Positions 1 to 9,564 of a stretch of 64,000 nucleotides of DNA are shown here, piece after piece. The notes under the pieces are model-generated. The model was not told the DNA's origin and did not search any database. It worked only from the letters and a program-made list of their open reading frames with translations. Position numbers and translations under genes: made by a program. Position 1 is the first letter of the stretch; each line of letters begins with the position of its first letter. The DNA comes from Candidatus Omnitrophota bacterium. GTDB lineage: Bacteria; Omnitrophota; Gorgyraeia; Zapsychrales; Fredricksoniimonadaceae. The stretch is taken from assembly GCA_028865345.1 (NCBI GenBank), contig JAGWKL010000009.1, positions 7,382 through 71,381 on the forward strand, written 5' to 3'.

Positions 1-2
1 TA

Positions 3-506
3 ATTGGAGGAGGTCCTTACAACGGCGACCAAAGATCAAAGGTCACCCAAATGGGCGCGAAAATAGGCGGCTACGATGATTTCTTAGGTAAGGGCCAGAT
101 CTACGGATACCTGGACGGAGGCAAAAGAATTTGGGACAGGGGAGAAAACGTGCTTCCGGATTACCATGAAAAATATTACTGGATATATACCGGCTTCGGC
201 GCCGGCGTCAGCTATCCGTTTATTTCAAAATTATCCGTCGGCCTGGATGCGGAGATGTTATTTGCCATCAATCCCCGCATGCACGCTGATACCCTGAATG
301 ATACTTTTAAATTAGGCGCCGTCTGGGGCACGGAAGTCAAGCTTCCGATTAAATTCTATGTTTTAAACAATTTATCGCTGGATATCACCCCGTATTTTAC
401 TTATTGGAAGATCCAGGCTTCCGAAGTCTTGCCGGACGGCTATTATGAGCCGGTCAGCAAAACCCATGAAGAAGGCCTGCTGAGCGGCATGACGTATATT
501 TTCTAA
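3..506 (+). CDS. Outer-membrane beta-barrel-like protein, C-terminal fragment (5' end lies outside the window)
   Basis: The reading frame is open from the window edge to a stop at 506. The sequence is Gly/Tyr/aromatic-rich with alternating beta-strand-like segments. It ends ...GMTYIF, with the terminal Phe typical of OM beta-barrels. Confidence 0.45.
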   Translation: MGGGPYNGDQRSKVTQMGAKIGGYDDFLGKGQIYGYLDGGKRIWDRGENVLPDYHEKYYWIYTGFGAGVSYPFISKLSVGLDAEMLFAINPRMHADTLNDTFKLGAVWGTEVKLPIKFYVLNNLSLDITPYFTYWKIQASEVLPDGYYEPVSKTHEEGLLSGMTYIF

Positions 507-727
507 GCCGATTTATTGTGTGACCCGTCGCAAAAAGGCTTGTTGGCCGAGGTCTTGCAGCCGCACCAGGCTACTTGTTTTTCTTCTGTGATCTCCACGA
601 ATACAGGCCGCATGCCGGTGGGGCCATGGGAGCCGTCACAAAAAGGTTGTTTTTGGGACAGGCCGCAGCTGCACCAGACATACTTTCCGGGCTTGACGTT
701 CATGATGAAGGGATGGTTGTTGTTCAT
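503..727 (-). CDS. CDGSH iron-sulfur domain protein (mitoNEET-like, two CDGSH motifs)
   Basis: Two copies of C-x-C...FCDGSH (CSCG...CDGSHG and CGCK...CDGSHN) occur in a 74-aa protein. Confidence 0.85.
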   Translation of the reverse strand: MNNNHPFIMNVKPGKYVWCSCGLSQKQPFCDGSHGPTGMRPVFVEITEEKQVAWCGCKTSANKPFCDGSHNKSA

Positions 728-730
728 AGG

Positions 731-985
731 TTATTTCCCCGCTGCCGGTTGAATGGTCTGGCCCAGGCCCCGGATTTGGCCGATAAACAAGCAATTATTG
801 ATATTGTTGTCATAAATATAGACCCGGCCGGTGGTTTGGTCAAAAAATCCTATACGGTCGCTGGTGGTGCTAAAGGGAATGACGCCCGCGAAGCTTTTTT
901 GTTGGGCCCTGCTTTGCATGGTCAGCCCCAGGCAAAAACTCATTGTCGCGATCACGATCACTAAGAAAGCCGCCATTTTATTCAT
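731..985 (-). CDS. Small secreted hypothetical protein
   Basis: The N-terminus is hydrophobic and signal-peptide-like (MNKMAAFLVIVIATMSFCLGLT). No motif was recognised. Confidence 0.4.
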   Translation of the reverse strand: MNKMAAFLVIVIATMSFCLGLTMQSRAQQKSFAGVIPFSTTSDRIGFFDQTTGRVYIYDNNINNCLFIGQIRGLGQTIQPAAGK

Positions 986-1045
986 AGTTTTCTCCTCACT
1001 TAAATGTTATAATTTTTTTCATTTTAACAGATTCCCCGAAATTGT

Positions 1046-2236
1046 ATGAAAAAATATGATTTCATCATTATAGGCTCGGGCATCATCGGCTTAGGTGTGG
1101 CGCTGGCCCTCAAGGACCGTAAAGAGCAAAGCCGCATTCTGGTCATGGACAAGGAAGCGGCAGAGGCCCAACACGCTTCCGGACGCAACAGCGGCGTGTT
1201 GCATGCGGGCTTCTACTATACGGCAGACAGCCTCAAGGCCAGGTTTACCGTTGAGGGTTCGCGCGCCATGAAAGCCTATGTCAAATCCAGGGGTCTGAAG
1301 ATCAATGAATGCGGGAAATTGGTGGTGGCCCAAAACGAGCATGAGTTGGGGCAACTGGATGAACTTTTGCAAAGGGGAAAACACAACGGTTCCAATGTCA
1401 GGCTGGTGGATGAGGCCGAAGCCTGCCGGATCGAGCCTAACGTCAGGACCTTTAAGCGGGCGTTGTATTCGCCGGACACGGCAAGCATCGATCCCAAGGA
1501 GGTCTGTGCCTCGCTTAAAAATGATCTGCAAAGATCAGGCGTCGAGTTTTCATTTGACACAAAGTATTTGGGCCGCTCGTCCAATATTCTTCAAACCACC
1601 AAGGGAGATTTCGAGGCAGGCAAGATCATCAATGCTGCCGGCCTTTACGCGGACCGCGTGGCCAGGGACTTCGGTTTTGGGTTTAAATATACAATGGTCC
1701 CTTTTAAAGGGCTTTATTTGAAATACACCAGCAATAAGACCGATGTTACCACCAACATTTATCCGGTGCCGAATTTAAAAAACCCGTTTTTAGGGGTGCA
1801 TTACACCAAGACCGTGACAGGGGACATTAAGATCGGGCCTACGGCCATCCCGGCTTTTTGGCGTGAAAATTACGGGGCCGCAAGCGGCTTTTCGGCCCAA
1901 GAGATGGCGGAGGTGTTGTTTTTCGAATCCAAGTTATATCTGACCAATGCCTTTAATTTCCGTTCCCTGGCCCATGAAGAAATGCGTAAATACAACAAGG
2001 AGTATTTTATTTCCCTGGCCGCTTCCATGGTCCGGCATATCGACCCGCAAGGGTTTACGGAATGGACCAAGCCCGGCATCCGGGCGCAGCTTTTGGACAA
2101 GCAAGAGCTCAAGCTCGTCCAGGATTTTGTGGTGGAGGGCGACCACAAAAGCATCCATGTCCTTAATGCCGTGTCTCCGGCCTTTACCTGCGCCTTTCCG
2201 TTTGCCAGGTATGTCGTGGACCAATACGTTATATGA
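1046..2236 (+). CDS. lhgO: FAD-dependent L-2-hydroxyglutarate oxidase-like oxidoreductase
   Basis: The N-terminus carries the dinucleotide-binding motif YDFIIIGSGIIGLGVA. HNSGVLHAGFYYT, NECGKLVVA and the C-terminal HVLNAVSPAFT collinearly match the LhgO/YgaF family. Confidence 0.8.
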   Translation: MKKYDFIIIGSGIIGLGVALALKDRKEQSRILVMDKEAAEAQHASGRNSGVLHAGFYYTADSLKARFTVEGSRAMKAYVKSRGLKINECGKLVVAQNEHELGQLDELLQRGKHNGSNVRLVDEAEACRIEPNVRTFKRALYSPDTASIDPKEVCASLKNDLQRSGVEFSFDTKYLGRSSNILQTTKGDFEAGKIINAAGLYADRVARDFGFGFKYTMVPFKGLYLKYTSNKTDVTTNIYPVPNLKNPFLGVHYTKTVTGDIKIGPTAIPAFWRENYGAASGFSAQEMAEVLFFESKLYLTNAFNFRSLAHEEMRKYNKEYFISLAASMVRHIDPQGFTEWTKPGIRAQLLDKQELKLVQDFVVEGDHKSIHVLNAVSPAFTCAFPFARYVVDQYVI

Positions 2237-4263
2237 AATCACCTCTTAAAATAGCTTCCCGTTCGAGTCCGCTTGCCCTCGTGCAGATCGACGAGATCAT
2301 CCGTGATTTAAAGGCCCTGGGCAGGTCGGTGGATTATGAAATTCTAAAAATCCAGACCGCCGGAGACATGGACAAGACCACGCCATTGACCCAAAGCTCC
2401 GACGATTTTTTTACCGACGCCATTGACCAGGCCCTGCTGGCAGGCCGGGCAGATATCGCCGTGCACAGCGCCAAAGACCTGCCGCAACATTTGAATGAAG
2501 GCTTAAAGATTTTCGCCCTGACCAAAACTCTCGATGACAAGGACGCCTGGGCAGGCCGGGTGCATTGGAAAGACCTGCCGCCCAATCCAACGATCGGCAC
2601 CAGCAGCCTCCTGCGTCAGCAACAGTTCTTGGGGCTGCGTCCCGATGCCAGGATCGTTCAAATCCGCGGGACCATTCAGGAGCGTCTGCAATTAGTCAAC
2701 AAAGGTGAGGTGGATGGCATTATTGTGGCGGCTTGCGCCCTCAAACGCCTGGGACTGCAGAAGGAAATCAAGGATGTTTTTCCCTGGGAGGGCATGCCTT
2801 TGCAAGGCCAGCTGGCCGTGGTGGGCCGCCGCGGCGATCAGGAATTGGAACAACTATTTGGCGTGATGGATGTCCGCCGCCAATACGGCAAGGTCACGCT
2901 GGTCGGAGCAGGCCCCGGCGACCCGGAATTGATGACCGTCAAGGGACTAAAGTGCCTTGCCCAAGCGGACTGCGTATTTTACGATTATCTGCTGGATGTC
3001 TCTTTATTAAAGCATGCCCCCCAAGCCGAGCATATTTATGCGGGCAAACGCAAAGGCGAGCATTCGCTTTCCCAGGCAGACCTTTCGAGGCTGCTTAAAG
3101 AAAAAGCTTTTGCCGGCAAAAGGGTGGTGCGTCTTAAAGGGGGAGACCCTTTGGTCTTTGGCCGCGGGGCTGACGAGATCCAATACCTGCGTTCCTACCA
3201 TATCGAGGTTGATGTCATTCCGGGCATCAGTTCGGCCACCGGCATTCCTTCTTCGCTGGGCATTCCTTTGACCGCTCGCGGGATTTCTTCGTCGGTTGCC
3301 TTCCTGACCGGCCATGAAGAAGACGAGAATAAAGACCATCCCAGGCAGGTCGCTGTCCCCGAGGCGGACACCCTTGTTTTTTTCATGGGGCTGACCAAAT
3401 TAAACGTGATCGTGCAATCATTAAAAGAATCCGGCCGGCCGCTGACGACACCGGTCATGATCGTTGCCAACGGCACCAGGCCCGGGCAACAGATCGTCCA
3501 GGGTACGCTTGGGACAATAGAAGATTCGGCCCATGTCCATGGTTTAAAGCCTCCCGCGCTTATTATCGTCGGGAAAACCATTGAATTTTATAAGTCCGAC
3601 GGGAAAAAGATTTTCCTGCATTGCGGAACGCACCCTCAAAGCTACAGCCGTTTGGGCACCATTGTGCATTGGCCCATGATCGATATCAAGCCTGCGGCTT
3701 TAAGCAAGGCCCAACAACAAGCTCTGCAGCAGGCTTTTGAATCCGCGGACATCATTGTGTGTACCAGCTGGTATGCGGGAGAGAATTTTGTCAATGCGAT
3801 GAGGGCCGTTGATCCTCAGGCCGATCTTTCAGGCAAGGCTTTTGCCGTCATCGGCCGGCGCACAGCAGGCGCCTTGCAGGAACACGGCATCAAGTCCGCC
3901 GTTGTCTCCCGGGAGGAGACCGCGCAAGGACTGTTTGAAACCATGAGGCGGCATTGGGATTTGAAAGGCAAGCGCATTTTGTTTCCGCGTTCCAATTTGC
4001 CCAACCCGTTTTTAAAAGAAGCGCTGGCGGCCCAGGGGGCGCTGGTCACGGAAATAACGATTTATGAAAACACCAAACCCGCCCGGCGTGATTTGCCGTC
4101 CATGGACATCGAAGGCGTTATTTTCACCAGCCCTTCAACAGTAAGGAATTTTCTGGCGGATTATGGTAAAATACCGGACTCCTGGCAGGTCCTGGCCAAG
4201 GGGCCGGTCACTTTAAAAACATTACAGGAAGAAGGGTACCATCATGCCTCATCGTTATCGTAG
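2233..4263 (+). CDS. Tri-domain fusion of HemC-like domains 1-2 (about 215 aa), uroporphyrinogen-III C-methyltransferase CobA/SUMT, and uroporphyrinogen-III synthase HemD
   Basis: The N-terminus has IASRSSPLALVQ, ADIAVHSAKDLP and IGTSSLLRQQ, matching HemC. The middle has VTLVGAGPGDPELMTVKG and KGGDPLVFGRG, matching SUMT. The C-terminal third resembles HemD. The ATG overlaps the lhgO stop as ATGA. Confidence 0.8.
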   Translation: MKSPLKIASRSSPLALVQIDEIIRDLKALGRSVDYEILKIQTAGDMDKTTPLTQSSDDFFTDAIDQALLAGRADIAVHSAKDLPQHLNEGLKIFALTKTLDDKDAWAGRVHWKDLPPNPTIGTSSLLRQQQFLGLRPDARIVQIRGTIQERLQLVNKGEVDGIIVAACALKRLGLQKEIKDVFPWEGMPLQGQLAVVGRRGDQELEQLFGVMDVRRQYGKVTLVGAGPGDPELMTVKGLKCLAQADCVFYDYLLDVSLLKHAPQAEHIYAGKRKGEHSLSQADLSRLLKEKAFAGKRVVRLKGGDPLVFGRGADEIQYLRSYHIEVDVIPGISSATGIPSSLGIPLTARGISSSVAFLTGHEEDENKDHPRQVAVPEADTLVFFMGLTKLNVIVQSLKESGRPLTTPVMIVANGTRPGQQIVQGTLGTIEDSAHVHGLKPPALIIVGKTIEFYKSDGKKIFLHCGTHPQSYSRLGTIVHWPMIDIKPAALSKAQQQALQQAFESADIIVCTSWYAGENFVNAMRAVDPQADLSGKAFAVIGRRTAGALQEHGIKSAVVSREETAQGLFETMRRHWDLKGKRILFPRSNLPNPFLKEALAAQGALVTEITIYENTKPARRDLPSMDIEGVIFTSPSTVRNFLADYGKIPDSWQVLAKGPVTLKTLQEEGYHHASSLS

Positions 4264-5206
4264 ATTAAGGGCCTCCGCCGCCATCCGCGGGCTTGTGCGC
4301 GAAACCCACCTTTTGGCCGACGATCTGCTGCAGCCTTTTTTTGTGATCGACGGCAAAAATAAAAAAGAGCCCATCGACGCCATGCCGGGCGTTTTTCGTT
4401 ATTCCGTCGATCTATTGCTCAAGGAGATCGCCGCCTGTGTGCGCCTGGGAGCAAAAGGCGGGATACTTTTCGGCGTGTCCCGTCACAAGGACAATACCGG
4501 TAAATATGCCTATGCCGCCAACGGCCCGGTGCCTTGCGCCATTAAGGCCATCAAGAAACATTTCCCGCAATTTTTTATTGTGACCGATGTTTGCCTTTGC
4601 GCTTACATGGGCCATGGCCATTGCGGCATCGTTGAGGCCCAAAAGATCAACAATGATAAAACCCTGCCGGTGTTGGCCAGGATGGCCTTATGCCATGCCC
4701 AGGCCGGGGCCGATATGGTGGCCCCGTCGGACATGATGGATTTTCGCGTGGCTGCCATCAGGCAGGCCCTGAATAAGGAAAATTTTCAGGACGTGGGTAT
4801 ATTGTCCTACGCGGTCAAATATGCTTCGGCCTATTACGGCCCCTTCCGTGAGGCCGCGCATTCGGCGCCTGGCTTCGGCGACCGCAGGAGTTACCAGATG
4901 GATGCCGCCAACAGCCGGGAAGCTCTTAAAGAAGCCCTGCAGGATCTGGACGAAGGCGCGGACATGGTGATGGTCAAACCGGCGCTGGTTTATTTGGACA
5001 TCGTCTCCCTGCTGCGCCGGAAATTGAATGTGCCCATCGTGGCCTATAATGTGAGCGGAGAATACGCCATGGTCAAGGCCGCGGCCCAAAACGGCTGGAT
5101 CGATGAGAGATCATTGGTGTTGGAAACATTGACTTCCATCAAGCGCGCCGGGGCGGACATCATCATTTCCTACCACGCGAAGGCGGCCCTCGAATGGCTT
5201 CGATGA
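4244..5206 (+). CDS. hemB: Porphobilinogen synthase (ALA dehydratase), Zn-type
   Basis: RASAAIRGLVRETHL and the cysteine cluster CLCAYMGHGHCG mark the Zn-binding site. It continues to SYHAK at the C-terminus. Confidence 0.9.
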   Translation: MPHRYRRLRASAAIRGLVRETHLLADDLLQPFFVIDGKNKKEPIDAMPGVFRYSVDLLLKEIAACVRLGAKGGILFGVSRHKDNTGKYAYAANGPVPCAIKAIKKHFPQFFIVTDVCLCAYMGHGHCGIVEAQKINNDKTLPVLARMALCHAQAGADMVAPSDMMDFRVAAIRQALNKENFQDVGILSYAVKYASAYYGPFREAAHSAPGFGDRRSYQMDAANSREALKEALQDLDEGADMVMVKPALVYLDIVSLLRRKLNVPIVAYNVSGEYAMVKAAAQNGWIDERSLVLETLTSIKRAGADIIISYHAKAALEWLR

Positions 5207-6462
5207 ATACGGCCCAAAAAGTCATGGTGGGCGGCGTCAACAGTCCGGTGCGCGCTTTCAAGGCCGTGGGCGGAAACCCCCTGGTGATGGCCCAAGGCCG
5301 GGGCAGCAAACTTTTCGACATCAATGGCCGCAGTTACACCGATTATTGCCTTTCCTGGGGCGCATTGATCCTGGGCCACGCCCATCCTGATGTCACGGCG
5401 GCCGTATGCAAAGCGGCCCGAAAGGGCACCAGTTTCGGCACCACAACCTCGCCTGAGATCGAAATAGCCCGGTTTATCGTCAAGCATGTGCCGTCGGTGG
5501 ACATGGTGCGGTTTGTCAATTCAGGCACCGAAGCCACGATGAGCGCGGTGCGCTTAAGCAGGGGTTTTACTAAGCGCCGCAAGATCATCAAGTTCGACGG
5601 CTGTTACCACGGCCACAGCGACGATCTTTTGGCCGTGGCAGGTTCAGGGGTGGCTTTTCTGCCGGCCTCATCAAGCCAGGGAATTCCGAAAGCCCACATG
5701 CAAGACACCTTAAGTCTGCCTTTTAATGATACGCAGACCCTGCAGCATACCATTGAACGCCATCATGCGGACCTTGCCTGCGTCATCGTAGAGCCTGTGG
5801 CCGGCAATATGGGCGTCATCAATCCGCACCTTGATTTCCTTAAAACCTTACGTGCCCTGACCAAAAAATACGGCATTGTGCTTATTTTTGATGAAGTGAT
5901 GTGCGGGCTGCGTTCCGGTCTTGGCTGTGTCCAGGCCGATCTGGGGATCATTCCCGATCTTACCTGTCTGGGCAAGATCATCGGCGGCGGGTTCCCGGTC
6001 GGGGCGTATGGCGGAAGAAGGGACATCATGAAGTGCCTTTCGCCTTTGGGCGGCGTTTATCAGGCCGGCACCTTTTCAGGTACGCCTGTTGTCATGCAGG
6101 CAGGCCTGGCCGTTTTAAAGAATTTGACCCCTAAGATGTATAAAGATCTTAACACCATCTGTGATGATTTTGTCGGGCGGACAAACCTTGTTTTGAGGCG
6201 GGCTAAGGTAAAAGCCCATCTGGTCAATTATAAAAGCATGATCAGCATCCGTTTTTCGGATAATCCTGTTGATAATTATGCCCAAGCCAGGCAGGCTTCG
6301 TCCGATAAACTTTATGCGAAATTGTTCCATCATTTATTGCGCCGCGGGATCTATCTTCCCCCGGCGGATTTGGAATCTTTCTTTGTTTCCAGCCGCCACT
6401 CGCTGAAGGACATCAATGCTTTGGGCCGGGCCCTTCAGGACTTTTTTACCGGCCGGCGTTAA
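5194..6462 (+). CDS. hemL: Glutamate-1-semialdehyde 2,1-aminomutase
   Basis: GGVNSPVRAF is present, the class-III aminotransferase fold is suggested, and the PLP lysine context is GKIIGGG. It overlaps the hemB 3' end by 13 nt. Confidence 0.9.
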   Translation: MASMNTAQKVMVGGVNSPVRAFKAVGGNPLVMAQGRGSKLFDINGRSYTDYCLSWGALILGHAHPDVTAAVCKAARKGTSFGTTTSPEIEIARFIVKHVPSVDMVRFVNSGTEATMSAVRLSRGFTKRRKIIKFDGCYHGHSDDLLAVAGSGVAFLPASSSQGIPKAHMQDTLSLPFNDTQTLQHTIERHHADLACVIVEPVAGNMGVINPHLDFLKTLRALTKKYGIVLIFDEVMCGLRSGLGCVQADLGIIPDLTCLGKIIGGGFPVGAYGGRRDIMKCLSPLGGVYQAGTFSGTPVVMQAGLAVLKNLTPKMYKDLNTICDDFVGRTNLVLRRAKVKAHLVNYKSMISIRFSDNPVDNYAQARQASSDKLYAKLFHHLLRRGIYLPPADLESFFVSSRHSLKDINALGRALQDFFTGRR

Positions 6463-6477
6463 TATTTTAAGCCTCTT

Positions 6478-6692
6478 TTGAATTTTGAATGGGTGCTTAC
6501 GGGTATTGATGAGCGGGTGGCGGCGAGCTGGTGTTGTCGAGCGCACGCTGCCTGTTCCGTACAGCGCATCAGGGAAACCACTTTTCAATACGGCTATTGG
6601 ACCCGCACCCATCAAAGGAGCACGACAATACCAGCGAGTCGCCAGGACCCGCCTAGATTAAGCATAGTTATCCATTCAAAATTCAATGGATC
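6478..6692. other. Structured GC-rich intergenic element bounded by perfect 15-bp inverted repeats; candidate ncRNA or MITE-like element
   Basis: TTGAATTTTGAATGG at 6478-6492 is the exact reverse complement of 6673-6687. The interior also has long-range complementarity: GCGGGT/ACCCGC, GCTGGTG/CACCAGC, CGCTG/CAGCG. Confidence 0.4.
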
Positions 6693-6780
6693 CTATTTTA
6701 AGATATTTTTCCCAAACCCTTTCTTTTTGGCGGTCTTTTTGTTATCCTTATAGAAGAGGCCCTGAATCGGCCTAAAGCCT

Positions 6781-7122
6781 ATGTTCAATCCCATGAGAAA
6801 TAATGAGCAGCGCAGCCAACCGCGTGTCACCCTGGAGTTGCCCGTTACCGTCAGCATCGGATCGCAGCTGAGCGTCAAAGGCCAGCTTAAAGACCTTGCC
6901 GTCAACAGCGCCTTCATCAAGATCAAAAACAGCATTTATTTGAATGTTAACGATGAGATAGGGCTGGCCATTTCAGATTTGCCGGATGATCCTGATGCGC
7001 AGATCCAGGTGACCGCCCGGATCTCCCGTATCGTGCCGGGGGAGGGTTTTGCCGTTTATTTTACCGGAGTAGATGAAGAATCCTTAAAGTACATCAAGAA
7101 ATTCCTTCCCAAAGATCAATAA
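6781..7122 (+). CDS. PilZ domain protein (c-di-GMP binding candidate)
   Basis: An RxxxR motif (QRSQPRV) is followed by a D/NxSxxG-like segment and a beta-barrel-like C-terminus, in a single 113-aa domain. Confidence 0.6.
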   Translation: MFNPMRNNEQRSQPRVTLELPVTVSIGSQLSVKGQLKDLAVNSAFIKIKNSIYLNVNDEIGLAISDLPDDPDAQIQVTARISRIVPGEGFAVYFTGVDEESLKYIKKFLPKDQ

Positions 7123-7143
7123 TCAGGACAGCCGTTCATCACC

Positions 7144-8376
7144 ATGCACAAACGCATTTCAATCATCGGCGGGGGAATATCGGGCCTGGCTGTTTTGCAT
7201 TATTTGAAACAGCGCTTCGGGGACGATGCCGATATCTCTCTTTTTGAGAAAGAAGCGTCCGCCGGCGGCACAGTCCGCAGCCTGAAAAAAGATTCCTTCC
7301 TCTTTGAATGGGGGCCTGACGGGTTTTTGGACAATCAACCCGTTACGTTGGAGCTTATCGCGCAACTGGGTCTGGAAGACCGGCTCATCGGGGCCAGGCC
7401 TGAGGCCGCCACGCGTTATATTCAAATCGAGGGAAGATTATATCCTGTCCCCTTGGACCCTGTTGGTTTGATGCGTTCGCGGTTATTGTCCTCCCATGAT
7501 AAATGGTCCTTGATCAAAGGCCTGTTCAAAAGAAATATTTCCACCGACGTCTCCATCTATGATTATGTCAGCCGGCGCTTTTCTTGCGGGATCGCCGAGG
7601 CCCTGGTCGATCCTTTCATCAGCGGGATTTATGCCGGGGACATCCGGCGGCTGCATATGTCCGCTTTTCCTAAATTCAAAGGCCGGAAGTTCAAAAAGAG
7701 CCGCATGTGTTCTTTTAAAGGGGGCATGGGAGAGATCATCGAAGCCCTGGCTGACCGTTATAAAAATTGTATTCAAACAAGCTCGCCCGTAGCATCAATC
7801 CCGCCCGATATGGACATTACGGTTGTGGCGACACCTGCTTACGCCGCGGCCAGGATCGTTAAAAACGTCAATCCTGACCTGGCCCAAATCCTTGGCCTTT
7901 TCCCCTATGCGCCGGTGGCGGTGGCGGGCCTGGCCTTTAAACGCGATTCTTTCAAAAAAATTCCTGACGGCTTCGGATACCTGGTCCCTTCCAAGGAGCA
8001 TAAAGAGATTTTGGGAGTGCTCATCGAAAGCAATGTATATTCCCATCGGGCGCCGGAGGGCCATGTGATGCTGCGTGTCATTCTGGGAGGCATGCATCAT
8101 CCCCAGACCATCAACGACGCGCAAGAGAGGGTCCTTGTCAAAGCAGTCAAAGAGATCGATTCTGTTTATGGGCTGGTTTCCAATCCCATTGAAGGTTTTG
8201 TCAAATTTTGGCCCCAGGCCATCCCGCAATACGAAATAAATTATCCGCAAAACAGGCGCTCCATTGCCCTGGAATGCGCCAAAACGCCGGGACTGCATTT
8301 ATGCGCCAATTATTTGGACGGTATTTCCTTCAACGACTGCATTGCCGCTGCCAGGTCACTGGCGCTTGCTATATAG
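7144..8376 (+). CDS. hemY: HemY-family FAD-dependent protoporphyrinogen/coproporphyrinogen III oxidase
   Basis: The N-terminus is ISIIGGGISGLA. It also has SGIYAGD, WPQAIPQY and a C-terminal LDGISFNDC, all collinear with B. subtilis HemY. Confidence 0.75.
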   Translation: MHKRISIIGGGISGLAVLHYLKQRFGDDADISLFEKEASAGGTVRSLKKDSFLFEWGPDGFLDNQPVTLELIAQLGLEDRLIGARPEAATRYIQIEGRLYPVPLDPVGLMRSRLLSSHDKWSLIKGLFKRNISTDVSIYDYVSRRFSCGIAEALVDPFISGIYAGDIRRLHMSAFPKFKGRKFKKSRMCSFKGGMGEIIEALADRYKNCIQTSSPVASIPPDMDITVVATPAYAAARIVKNVNPDLAQILGLFPYAPVAVAGLAFKRDSFKKIPDGFGYLVPSKEHKEILGVLIESNVYSHRAPEGHVMLRVILGGMHHPQTINDAQERVLVKAVKEIDSVYGLVSNPIEGFVKFWPQAIPQYEINYPQNRRSIALECAKTPGLHLCANYLDGISFNDCIAAARSLALAI

Positions 8377-8400
8377 CCCATCTGGTGAGATAATATATCC

Positions 8401-9564
8401 ATGATCTCTCCTTCAGAAGCGCACAGGCTTATCTTGAATGCGGCCAGACTTTTTCCTGTAGAAACAATTCCTTTGACAAAAGCGGTGGGACGCGTTTTGC
8501 GTGAAGACATTAAAAGCGACCGCGACCAGCCGCCTTTCAGCAAAAGCCTGATGGACGGCATTGCAGTTTCTTATGAAGCCTGGATAAAAGGGCAAAGAAA
8601 ATTCAATATCGAAGCCGTGGTCGCGGCAGGGGTGTCGCCCAAGCCTTTAAAAAAGCCTTCAGGCTGTGTGCGCATCATGACCGGGGCCGTTGTTCCCAAA
8701 GGCTGTGACTGTGTTGTCCCGGTGGAGCAGGTCCAGGTGGATGAAAATTTCGCCCTGTGCAAAGACTGGACCATGATCAAAAAACACCAATTCATCCGCT
8801 CCCAGGCTTCCGACGGTAAAAAAGGGGACATTCTGCTTAAATCCGGCAGGCGGCTTTGGGCGCCTCATATCGGCATTGCCGCCGGTGTCGGAAAATCCAG
8901 GATCAAGGTCAGCCGCCTGCCGGCCATTGCGGTTGTGGCCACAGGGGATGAGCTGGTGGACATCCATCGCCTTGTCAAGCCATACCAGACCCGCCTTTCC
9001 AATTCCTACGCGCTGCAAGCCTTGCTGGACCAGGCCCAGTTGGGAGAGGTAAAAATTTTCCACCTGCGCGACAATGAAAAGCTCATGCGGCAGGGCATCA
9101 AGGATATTTTAGGCAAATTCGATTGCATGATTTTAAGCGGGGGAGTGTCCATGGGAGAATTTGATTATGTCCCCCGTGTCCTGGAGCAGTTGGGGATCAA
9201 ACAATCCTTTCATAAGGTTTCCCAGAAACCCGGCAAACCTTTCTGGTTCGGGGTCTCCAAAAACGGCAAGGCCATTTTCGCCCTGCCGGGCAATCCGGTC
9301 TCCACCCAAATTTGCGCCTACCGCTATGTCATCCCGTATTTAAAAAAGACCGTGGGGCTCGAGGTCAAACAGGAATTCATTTCCGTCCTGGACAAAGTCA
9401 ACATCCAATCCGACCTGACGCATTTTTTGCCGGTGGCCCAGGGGCATTTAGTCGCGATCAGCGGGTCCGGTGATTTTGCGGCCCTGGGAGAGGCCGACGG
9501 GTTTATTGAATATGAAAGCTACAAATCACAAACTCTTTGGCCTTATTTTAGCTGGCGGGTATAG
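8401..9564 (+). CDS. moeA: Molybdopterin molybdenumtransferase
   Basis: The MoeA N-terminal domain is present (LMDGIAV), along with an MoCF-binding region (LSGGVSMGEFD). Confidence 0.9.
   Translation: MISPSEAHRLILNAARLFPVETIPLTKAVGRVLREDIKSDRDQPPFSKSLMDGIAVSYEAWIKGQRKFNIEAVVAAGVSPKPLKKPSGCVRIMTGAVVPKGCDCVVPVEQVQVDENFALCKDWTMIKKHQFIRSQASDGKKGDILLKSGRRLWAPHIGIAAGVGKSRIKVSRLPAIAVVATGDELVDIHRLVKPYQTRLSNSYALQALLDQAQLGEVKIFHLRDNEKLMRQGIKDILGKFDCMILSGGVSMGEFDYVPRVLEQLGIKQSFHKVSQKPGKPFWFGVSKNGKAIFALPGNPVSTQICAYRYVIPYLKKTVGLEVKQEFISVLDKVNIQSDLTHFLPVAQGHLVAISGSGDFAALGEADGFIEYESYKSQTLWPYFSWRV

Noticed and set aside
575-1049. Plus-strand ORFs (129 aa and 72 aa) overlapping the CDGSH and small secreted genes
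   Set aside because: They overlap better-supported minus-strand genes and have no motifs. A signal peptide and Fe-S motifs support the minus-strand frames.
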